Part shown: piece by piece, positions 18,228 to 28,100 of the stretch
Layout of the letters: each line of letters opens with the position of its first letter
Position numbering within the stretch: position 1 is the stretch's first letter
IMG/VR virus record: IMGVR_UViG_3300027782_000044
Coordinates: 1 to 64,000 of that record
Direction: 5' to 3' (one strand)
Length of the DNA stretch: 64,000 bases
Source of the DNA: a virus
Translations under genes and position numbers: made by a program
The notes under the pieces: generated by a model
What the model was told of the DNA's origin: nothing
The model's input: the letters and a program-made list of their open reading frames with translations, nothing else
The model's database searches: none

Positions 18228-21200
18228 TTAGATAGCTCTACACGAAATTGTGGTAGTAATCCCTTCTGAATATTCTAAAGTACACTTAGTTACTAGGTAT
18301 TTAGCGCTAGATTCTGACATCCCCAATATTGGATACTTTATGCTAACAATATCTCCAGCAGATATTAATGGGTTACCGAAAACTGTCATGTCAACAAACC
18401 TACCCTTATTTAAAGAGTTTGATTTAATCCAATTTGCAAGTTTTTCTGCATCTTGTTCATTCTGAATCCATGAAGACTCAAAGATTACAGATTCCTTATT
18501 TTGGGAATCTTCTGATTGGTCCGTCTTATATTCTATAGCAGAGGATCGGCTAATCTTATTTCCAAGTACATAGAAAGTTGTGTAATCGCTATCATGCAAA
18601 ACAACCGAGGTGGATGTGTTGTTTAAAATATAAGTCTCCGCAGAAAATGGCTGGAGCCTTTGATCAAGAACTGTGGCGTAAGGATTTTTGGAAGTTCTAA
18701 ACATAATAGGCAGAGCGGGCCTTTCGTCTGGGTCATAAGCAATTTTTACTTTTCTTATTTCTCTTGCAGTTGTTCCAAACTCAATTAGGGATCCATCTTG
18801 ATCTGCTACGGTGTTTGCATTGTTATAAATTAAATCTCCGTATAACATAGAGATTGTGTCGTCTGCATAAGAGCCAACATGTTTGTATGACGCCACTCTA
18901 TTTCTTTCATTATAAAGAGTTTCATCAATACTCTTCCCGTATAGAAAATCAAAGTAAACCTGGCCTTGACCGCAATGGACTGCTAAATTTTTTGTAACAG
19001 TAAGTGGTGGAATATATTGGCTTGTAGAATCGCTTCCAGCATCAACTGCTGTTAGTTTAAACCCATTAATAAAAACAGTAATTGTATTTTTAACCAATGT
19101 TCCTGATGTAGTTTGAGATTTAACAATCACATCTATATTGTAAGATTGACCTGCATACACTCCAGCCAAAGTTTTTGGAGATGTTTGCTGACCATCTTTT
19201 AAAACAGTAATCTTTCCATTTTGAACTTTTACAATCATTATATCGTTTTCTAAAAGAGCATAGGCTGTAGTACGGACTAGAACGTAGTAACCATTTTGGC
19301 CAGTTGAGTCTAAGCAAAATGCAATACCTCCAACCTGCGATGGGCTTACCAATTGACTATCAAAAAACATTCTAGTTCCACAAGCCATGTACAACGATCC
19401 TGTGTTAATTGTATTAAATGGCTTTAGTAACAGATTAAATGATTTTTTGTCTTTATCTAAACTTGATACCGTTATAAAGCTTTTAGCTATACTGTCAAGT
19501 TTTGAATTTGCTGGTGCTGTTATATATCCTGGAGGTACTGTTTCTTTTGCAATATCTGGAGTTGCCAGCTTAATTGAATAAGATTTAAATTTATTTGCAT
19601 CATTTTCACCTATACCATTAACATAAGAGGTTAAGCTTTTCTTATGATCTTTCTTAGATGTTCCAAGGGCATTTCTTGTTTTAATATTATATTCACCAGT
19701 TGGATAAAAATATTTAGACCCTGGTTTTGCCAAAGCTTCATACTTCCAAAAATCTGATTGGCTTTTCATTAGAACTCTAACTGGTGATCCACCTACTGCT
19801 GGTACATATTGATACCAAAGCCCGTCGTACTCAATAATCTCATCGTTAATTAAAACATAACCACTAAAAGCATCTAACACCTTATCAATTCTTTCTGAAT
19901 TTACTGTATTTGGAATTAGCTTAAACATTGGGCTGCTATCTACAATATCGTCAGCCAGCCTGCCAGCTCCAAGAAACGAATCGGAAGATGTCCAAAGAGG
20001 CTGGCTAGAGGTGCTATTTACTGAAGTAGATGCTGAAGAGTATCTAACGGTAACTTGATTTGCAGAAAATATTTCTCTTGATGACAAGCTGGCGATACTT
20101 GGTGCATAATCAACAACATCTCCGCTCTTAATTTCTTTGTCTGTAAACACCCAACTTGATGGAGTGGTTGCATCATAAATTACATTTCTGCTATAAAAGT
20201 TTAAAATATTATTTTCATCTACAAATGCGTTCATTTGAATATCTCTACATAATTCTTGTAATACTTCCCAAACTGTTTTATCACCGTCACACCACCAATA
20301 AAATAGAGATGGAATTGAATCATCATCAACTTTGCCATCAGTCATTTTTATATTAATATTATAAGTAGAAAAACCGACAGAATCAAGTACTCTTTTTATG
20401 ACTGAAGTTACTGGTGAATCTTGAACTAATAATTGTGGGCACATGGTATCTTGTAATATTTTTGCTGCATCAGTTGCATCAATAGAAGCTTCTCCAAATT
20501 CAGAAAGAGTCCATGAGTTAGTATAAAATACACCCTGAGTTACTTTTTCTAAAGACTCTCCTTCTCCAATATTAAGATATGGCTTTATAATTGCATTTTT
20601 AAATAAATACAGTTTTGTATTATCTATAGACTCTTTTACGTTATACTCCATAATTGATCTAGATGTATCACCATGTTGCCTAAATAAAGATAAGCTTAAA
20701 TAGTTTGCTGTAATTACTCCAACTGGAACAATAGAGTCGCTATCTGCTGTTGTTTCTTTATTGACAGTAAATGATACTATATCTGAATCTAACGATACTA
20801 CCCACCTTGGACTTAATTCAATTACACCTAGTAATTTACCATTCATTCTGTTTGTTGCAGTTAAAGTTATTTTCTTTAAATACTCAGTTGTAGTATATTC
20901 ATCAGGTTCATCTGTTGACCATGCAGTTCCATTATAATATATTACTGCCTCCCCGCTTGAATTAAGCGTAGTGCCAGAAACAGATATTACTGTATTGTCT
21001 TCTTTGACTCCACTTATTGTCCAAGATAATGGGGTGTCGTGATTAGTTTCAAACCTTGCAACAATTTTATTTGCAGGAACTAATTTCACTGTAGTCTTTG
21101 CTTCGTTTGAAAAGTATTCTAAAGAGACACTAATGTTTGTATTTTTAGGAGCAAGCCAGTATTTATACGTCATCTCTGAGCCAGGATAATATAGTCTAGG

Positions 21201-21524
21201 CTTGCCCAAAAAAGCTACATCCCTAGGATTTTCATACAAATCTTGACGTGGTGAGTCTGTTTGTTTTTTAGTTACAGGATCCTGTGTATAAACTAAATAT
21301 TTAATTCCTGGAGCTAATGGTCTAAAAGGTTTATATATTGTATCTATTGGAAACAACTTTTTAAAAGCAGCTGAATATGTATTAACTATATCTGCTGGGG
21401 TAGTTGTTGCTTTTATATATTCAACCATGGAGTTTAAGTTATATTCCATTGTTGCGCTTGCAGAAATTGGTATTGATGACCCCCGCTTAATTAAATTCTT
21501 AGTTGTATCGCTTACGGTTATCAT
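18228..21524 (-). CDS. minor tail protein (hub/central tail-tip-like)
   Basis: 1098 aa, second gene after the TMP; TVWEVLQEL...FVDENNIL and GNPLISAGDIV motifs typical of hub proteins. Confidence 0.75.
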   Translation of the reverse strand: MITVSDTTKNLIKRGSSIPISASATMEYNLNSMVEYIKATTTPADIVNTYSAAFKKLFPIDTIYKPFRPLAPGIKYLVYTQDPVTKKQTDSPRQDLYENPRDVAFLGKPRLYYPGSEMTYKYWLAPKNTNISVSLEYFSNEAKTTVKLVPANKIVARFETNHDTPLSWTISGVKEDNTVISVSGTTLNSSGEAVIYYNGTAWSTDEPDEYTTTEYLKKITLTATNRMNGKLLGVIELSPRWVVSLDSDIVSFTVNKETTADSDSIVPVGVITANYLSLSLFRQHGDTSRSIMEYNVKESIDNTKLYLFKNAIIKPYLNIGEGESLEKVTQGVFYTNSWTLSEFGEASIDATDAAKILQDTMCPQLLVQDSPVTSVIKRVLDSVGFSTYNINIKMTDGKVDDDSIPSLFYWWCDGDKTVWEVLQELCRDIQMNAFVDENNILNFYSRNVIYDATTPSSWVFTDKEIKSGDVVDYAPSIASLSSREIFSANQVTVRYSSASTSVNSTSSQPLWTSSDSFLGAGRLADDIVDSSPMFKLIPNTVNSERIDKVLDAFSGYVLINDEIIEYDGLWYQYVPAVGGSPVRVLMKSQSDFWKYEALAKPGSKYFYPTGEYNIKTRNALGTSKKDHKKSLTSYVNGIGENDANKFKSYSIKLATPDIAKETVPPGYITAPANSKLDSIAKSFITVSSLDKDKKSFNLLLKPFNTINTGSLYMACGTRMFFDSQLVSPSQVGGIAFCLDSTGQNGYYVLVRTTAYALLENDIMIVKVQNGKITVLKDGQQTSPKTLAGVYAGQSYNIDVIVKSQTTSGTLVKNTITVFINGFKLTAVDAGSDSTSQYIPPLTVTKNLAVHCGQGQVYFDFLYGKSIDETLYNERNRVASYKHVGSYADDTISMLYGDLIYNNANTVADQDGSLIEFGTTAREIRKVKIAYDPDERPALPIMFRTSKNPYATVLDQRLQPFSAETYILNNTSTSVVLHDSDYTTFYVLGNKISRSSAIEYKTDQSEDSQNKESVIFESSWIQNEQDAEKLANWIKSNSLNKGRFVDMTVFGNPLISAGDIVSIKYPILGMSESSAKYLVTKCTLEYSEGITTTISCRAI

Positions 21525-22117
21525 ACCTGCTCCATTGATATAGATACGCTCCAGAAGGTCTGCAAGCCTCTTTTAAGGACAGTAAAGTCACATGAGGTAA
21601 ACATTACCGTATAAGTATAATCATCAGCTAAGGTTCCAGCATCAGCAGTTATTAGGGATGGATTAAATACTGTTGGATTTAGTTTTATCCTAAAAGATCC
21701 TCTTCCTGCAGCTGATTCATAAAAATTCTTTATATCTTCTGCACCCCAGCCGCCATCTACTGTTTCATTTCTAAATGATGGCAGCATTTCCCAAGATGCA
21801 CTTATGTTTAGCTTATCAGCAATAAAATATTTTCTTAGAGTTCCATTTGACATTCTTTGGCTAGACTCAATTCTATTTGTAGTTATAGCAAGTGGGTCTC
21901 TATTATGCTCTGTAACTCTTCTAAATTTTAAAACCGCTCTATCCTCGTATGGTATCGGCCAAGTTTTTGTTAGAGCATCATAGGCAGGATAAACATTTCC
22001 TGGTGGAGTAATTGTTTCACCCTTGTAGTTAAAAGTATTGTTTGCAGTATTAATTGCAAATGGGTCAAGTGCTTCAATATATAGCACAGATCCTTTTCCT
22101 AAGTTTTGAAAACTCAT
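21521..22117 (-). CDS. distal-tail-like minor tail protein
   Basis: Immediately follows the TMP; RMSNGTLRKY...WSVSISMEQV. Confidence 0.7.
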   Translation of the reverse strand: MSFQNLGKGSVLYIEALDPFAINTANNTFNYKGETITPPGNVYPAYDALTKTWPIPYEDRAVLKFRRVTEHNRDPLAITTNRIESSQRMSNGTLRKYFIADKLNISASWEMLPSFRNETVDGGWGAEDIKNFYESAAGRGSFRIKLNPTVFNPSLITADAGTLADDYTYTVMFTSCDFTVLKRGLQTFWSVSISMEQV

Positions 22118-25100
22118 TGCCCACCAACCCTTCTATTTACTCCTGCTGCCATTTCCTTTAATCTCATTTCTCTATGTATTTGAGTTGCAACATCTTGTGC
22201 TGTTACATTAGTTCCATTTAATTCTACGTTAATATTATATACTGAACCTGATACAGCCGCCGATGCATTTGGATTAAATGGGTTCATATTGGCTGGGATA
22301 ACAGCTTCATCTTTATGAAGCATTGCCAACATATTTGCAGGAACCATATTAATTCCATTTTCAAATTGAGGTACTCCCAATCTAGAAAATGCAGTGCTTA
22401 TAGAGTTAGTAAGGTTTAATCCAGTGTTGTTTATGTATCCGCCAGCTGCATCACTTGTGTGCCCATAATTATTTTCTGACCAGATGTTTGACCCTGGGCG
22501 TGAATGTGGTGCCCTATTTGCAATCGGTGGGAGATAAGGGTTTTCCCAAGCCCAAGTAGCTGGGACATCGTTGCCTTGTTTCATCAAGCGAAGTAAGTCT
22601 TTGTTATCTATCATTTCTACATAGCTTCCGTGACCAAACGGGTACGAATTGTATGTGCGATTTGGATTTTTTCTCCATGCCATTAATGACTCGTAATGCG
22701 CTTGATCTGCTGCTTTTATAGCTAGCCTCTGCTTTTCCATACGAGCTGCATGTTGTGCATCATAGGCTAACTGAGCTTCGCTTGGTTTTGGAACAGAATA
22801 TGGTGTAGGAGTATAAGGTTTTCCAGGTATTAATTTTGAACGCAATGCTGCCAGCCTGCTATTTGCAGCATTAGATACCAGGGAGGCTAAAGTAACTTTG
22901 CCAGGGGATATGAATGGCATGTTAGGCATAATTCCTCCAATTGCTTCGGAGTAACCTACACCATCTGATGTTCTTTGCTTAGAATGCTTTATTCTAGTAA
23001 TAGATGCGCCGTATTCATTCATAAATCTTGCTATGCCAAGCTTTCGGTGGTTGTGGTTTACTCCTATCAATCTAATTGTTCCAGTTATAGAATCCCAAGT
23101 TATATTGCCTGCAACTGAGCCGTCTGGAGCATACACTTCGATATTGTGCATTGGGCCAACCCACTCGTTTCCGTACATATTTTCTTGGATTCCTGAAATT
23201 CCGCTTTTAAAAGTTGACTCTGGTGGGTACTGATCTATTTGAGCTGGCTTAAATTTAAATGAATAATCTCCTTTAGGTGTTGGAAATGTTCCAGTATGCT
23301 CTGTAAGATTTCTAGCTTCTTTCAAAAGATCTTCATATTTAACAGTACCTAATTTTTCAATTGGCGTAAACTTGCCAGCCTTTGCAAGCTTCTCTGCTTT
23401 AATCATTGCTGATTCATATGGGGATAATGCAGATGGCCCTAGTAAAGTTTCTTTAATCTTGGCATTTACTTTTATAGGAGTAAAAGCATCTACTGCAATT
23501 TTTGACGTGATTGGCTTAGTGATAGGCCTTGTAAGTTTTGATGCCAGCCCAAGTCCTGGCAATACTCCAAGAACGTCTGCAGCTACACCCAGATTCTGAC
23601 TTCCAAAAATTTCTGGGCTTGTTTTATTTTTTAAATTGAATGCTGAAGTGTATCCAGTTAACATTTGTGCTGTTTGTAATGCCGCTAAATCTGTTTCAGA
23701 TTGATCTATTTTAGGAGCTGATATATTTTTATTAAATGCCTTACTTGCTCCAAATCCAAACATGCCATTTGTAATTGATGCAAACACGTTTGCTGGATTA
23801 AATCTGCTAAAGAAGTTTCCATGCTTATGTCCTACTGGACCGCCTTTATGGTATCCCTTGGCTTTATCTAGGTTATAACTAGTAATATAGTCTTTGAATT
23901 TTTTATATTGTACAGAATTTGGGAGCTCTTCTGGTTTAGATACATAAGCTGCTGGATTAAATTCTTGAAGTCCTTCTTGCCACATCTGGTAAATAGTTTT
24001 TGTTTTTTCAGGCATATTTGGAGAATTATCTATAAAGCCTTTTAGGAATTGTGGATTAAGTCTTAAAGGAAGAGCTAAAGCATTTTGCTCAAACATTCTA
24101 AAAGTTTTAAAGTATCCTCTTAAATTATCTGTTCCTAGGCCTGGACCGTATGTATTGCCAATTTTTGAAGCCAGCATTTTATCTTTTAGGCTCTTGCTAT
24201 TTACAAAGTTTAGGTATGCTTTAAATGTATTTTCGTCAGCAAAGGCTTCAGCTGCTCCGTTACTCCAAGCAATGCTATCAATGTCTTTTTGGCCAATTGC
24301 ATAATCTTCCCAGGTTGCAAAACCAAGACCCTTTTGCTGTTTTTCTGCATTTACATAGACAGATTCGTATCTATCTGCTAAATCATATTTACCAGATTTG
24401 CGTAACATTTCAAGTGTTCTTTTAAATGTGTTGTGCGTTTCAAAATCAAAATGATGCATTGTTTCATGCACTGCAGTTTGACCACTTGTTTTATGATTTG
24501 AATTAAGAAGAATATGCGGAAGCAAATTTTCATAATTAGAAGATTTATCTGCAAACCTAGGGACATACTGCCCTGCAACGTTCCATGGTAATTTTTCTTC
24601 TTTTATTGCTGGTAAAGATACATCTCCAAGCACATCTGATAAAAACTTTTGCATGTTCTTAGCACTTATATTTTTGCCCTCATACTTAGCAGCATTAAAA
24701 CTAGATAAAGGACCAGTTGGTGTTAGATTAATATCTGGTGTAACTAATTTAGATTTTGCAGCAAGACCTGGTAATTTAGTTATCTTGCTAAGCCCTCCAA
24801 TAAGTGGAAGTACGCCCAATACGTCTGCTGCGGTTCCTAGCTTCTGGCTTCCAGCAATTTCTGGGCTTGTGCTATTTTTTAAATTAAAAGCAGATGTATA
24901 TCCAGAAAGAAGCTGTGCTGTTTGAAGAAGCGCTCTATCTTTTTCTTGCTGAGTCATAGTAGACTGAACATTAACATTCTGGTTTACAGCCTTAGATGCA
25001 CCAAAGCTAAACATGCCAGAAAGCATTGAGGATATTGAATTTACTGGATTAAATCTGCTAAACCAATTACCGTTTTTATTTTTATTGCCTACTGGGCCGC

Positions 25101-28100
25101 CATTAGCAAAGGTTAGCCATGAACCAGCGCCATAAACACCGTTTCCAATTCCGCTCATAGAAGCACCAGAGCCTGCGTAACGCATTGGATCCTTGTCAAG
25201 ACCCATTCCTGGTCCACTATACTTAACAGGCTGCTCGGCTATCTGATGCCAGTAATCTGAACGATTAGCTATTTTTCCGTCAAACCTAAGACCTGGTATC
25301 TCTGTTCCGCCCCAGATATCTTTACCCTTAGCAGGACCGTATCTTAGCGCTCCCCATCTTTGAGTATAAGGGCTTCCTGATGGGCTTCCATCACTCCAGT
25401 AATCTGGCATATCTTCAGGATATGACTTCCATTTGAATAGAGACCCTGGTAAATTTCTTCCGTGTCTATGACCAACTGGCCCTCCCTTATGCAACCTTTG
25501 TGCGTTTAATGCATCAAGTGTCTCTACGCCGTACTTTGCAACAGAAGATGCTTTAATTACATATTCACCATCTGAAAGCATTGCTGGAATAGAATCTGAT
25601 GTTCCAGTTCCTGGGCCTGTAACCTTACCGCCGATGGCATATGTTGGACTAGTATTTTTTACAAACTTAACAGTTCCATCATTTAAAACTATGAATTCTT
25701 TTAGAATTCCATTAGACTCTTTTAAAGTAAATTGCTGTCCTGCTTTATATCCCTTTTCTTTTGCAAACTTATTGATCTTTCCTTGTTGGGACGGTAGCAA
25801 TGTGTTTATAAGCATATCCATACCGAATACATCCTTTGATTTTCCGCCATATACTGTTTTAGAGGTACCTTTTAGTGCAGCAACAATTTCTTCAGTCATT
25901 GTTTTTATCGAGTAGCCTTTACCTCCAGTAATCTGAGTAGCCATACTTGATACCAAAGCAACATCTCTATCAAGGATCTTCAATATATCTTTATTTAGAG
26001 TGGTAATTGTTGTTGAGGTTACACCACTGGTTGTAGAGGCAGGTGAACCAGGAGATTCAACATAAACTTTCTTTATTGTTCCATCTTTATTAAAGTACTG
26101 GGCAAAAGATTCTCTTATGGCTTTTGCAGTTTCACTTGATCCAGTTCCTGCTGCGCCTACTTTTTTAAGCAGGTCGCTTAGCTTACCAACAAGCTCTCCC
26201 TCCGCTTTTCTTTTTGCTTCGCTTTCTGGCATCATGCTATTTGTTATTCTTAAAGCGGTTATCTCATCGTAAGTTGCTTTAAATCCTTTAACTACATCCA
26301 TAACTGCAGCAGCACTTGTTGCATTATCTTGTCTGTTTTGGAAAGCAATTGCTTTTTTATCAGCTGCAGCTTGCTTTGCATCTATTTTCTTTTGCTCAAT
26401 AGCTTTTAGTCTAGCTGCTTCATCTTGTATTGCTTTTTCAGCTAAGTCTGCCTGTCTATTAGATGTAAGCTGGTCAATGTTTATTCTTGCTCTGGCTGCA
26501 CCAGAAACATCTCCACGAGCAACAGCGTCTGCATACTCTATTTGAAGTTTTTGCAATTCTAATGCATAGTTAGATGCGTCTTGAGTTGCTCTTAAAGATT
26601 CTAATTTTTTATTTTTTTCATCTTCAATAAGGCTAATTTTTTTAGCAATTAATTTTATTTCTTCTTGAATGTTTCTTTGTGAAACAGCAGCTGCTTTTTG
26701 TGAAGCAGCAGAGGTAGCTAAAATTGATTCTTGTAGTCTTTTTAATACTTTACCAGTTGCTCCATATGTATTTTCACTATTGCCAGCAGCAGTTAAATCA
26801 GCAATTCCTGATCCAATTGCTGCAGTAAATCCAGCTAGCTTTATAGCTAAATCAGCATCAATACTCTTTAAGTCAATACTGATTCCAGAAGTAAACAGTT
26901 TAGTTTTTGCTATAATTGACTTTAATGTATCAAACTCATTTATAATCTTTTCTAGCTCTGGGCTCATCTCTTTCAAAGTCTGGTAAGTATCTTTGCCAAT
27001 TGGAATATTAAATTCAGGTATATTCTTTTCTGTGCTTGCCAACATTGTTTGATATGCTTCAAACTCATCAATAAGATCTCCTTGAGCATTTTTTGTTCCA
27101 ATGAGCGCTTGAGTGCCTGCGTTAACTATGCCAATCATGCTTTCAAAACCAGATACCACCGCCTTTTTCTGTGCGTTAGCATCTGCAAAAGTTTGACCAT
27201 AGCTATCAAATAGGTTCGTTGAGAAACTAATTGGATTAAGCAGATCGCTTGGTTGAAAGTCAATATTGTCTTTCCACAAAGAAAATGATGATTTATTTCC
27301 ATTTATGGTTTTTACTAAGTTGCCAACAGCAAATTCTGCCGCAGAAGATTTGTCTTCAATTGCGCCGAAGCCTTGATCGGCTAGCAACTTATAAGCCTGG
27401 GAGGCCTTTTTACTATTAGCAATAGCTCCATAAATCATCGAGTTTGCTTGCTCTACGCTTAATCCTCCTGCAACATATTGTGCTTTTTGATTATTTATTA
27501 ATCTTTGAAGTTCTCCTGTGCTTGAAGTTCTATTAATTGATTCAATTAAGTCTTTAAGAACCTTGCCCTCTTCTTTTGCTTTTTTCATTTCATCTACAGA
27601 CTGAGGTATGCCAGGCATACCGATTGAGTTATTTTTTGATCCCTGAGCAGCAGCATTTGCTAATTTTTGCTTTTCAATATAGTCTGAAAGGTACTGATTA
27701 AGATTAAAGTATTTAATTCCAGCTTGTTCGGCACCATCTGCAGTAATAGATAAACCCATTGCAGCATCTTGCTGAGCATTGTTGTATTTCTTCCATACAT
27801 CAAGCCCTGTCAAAACAATTGCTAGAACTGTACCAAGGGCTTTAAACTTTGTAACAAAGTTACTGGCAGAAGCGCCTACTGCAGAAATTGCATCTTTAAC
27901 ACTTTTAAAAGCTTTAATTGATGCCACTACAGAAGTTGTGGTTGACTTTACTGCGCTTCCCATTGTTTTCCATGGCAACATAGGAATTATAGTGGTGGCA
28001 CCCATAAGAGCTAATCCAGCCGTCATCCCGCTCATACCCAAAACTTTTTCCTGTTGCATTAATGACATGGCGCCCATAGAGCCAGCCATTCCGATACCCA

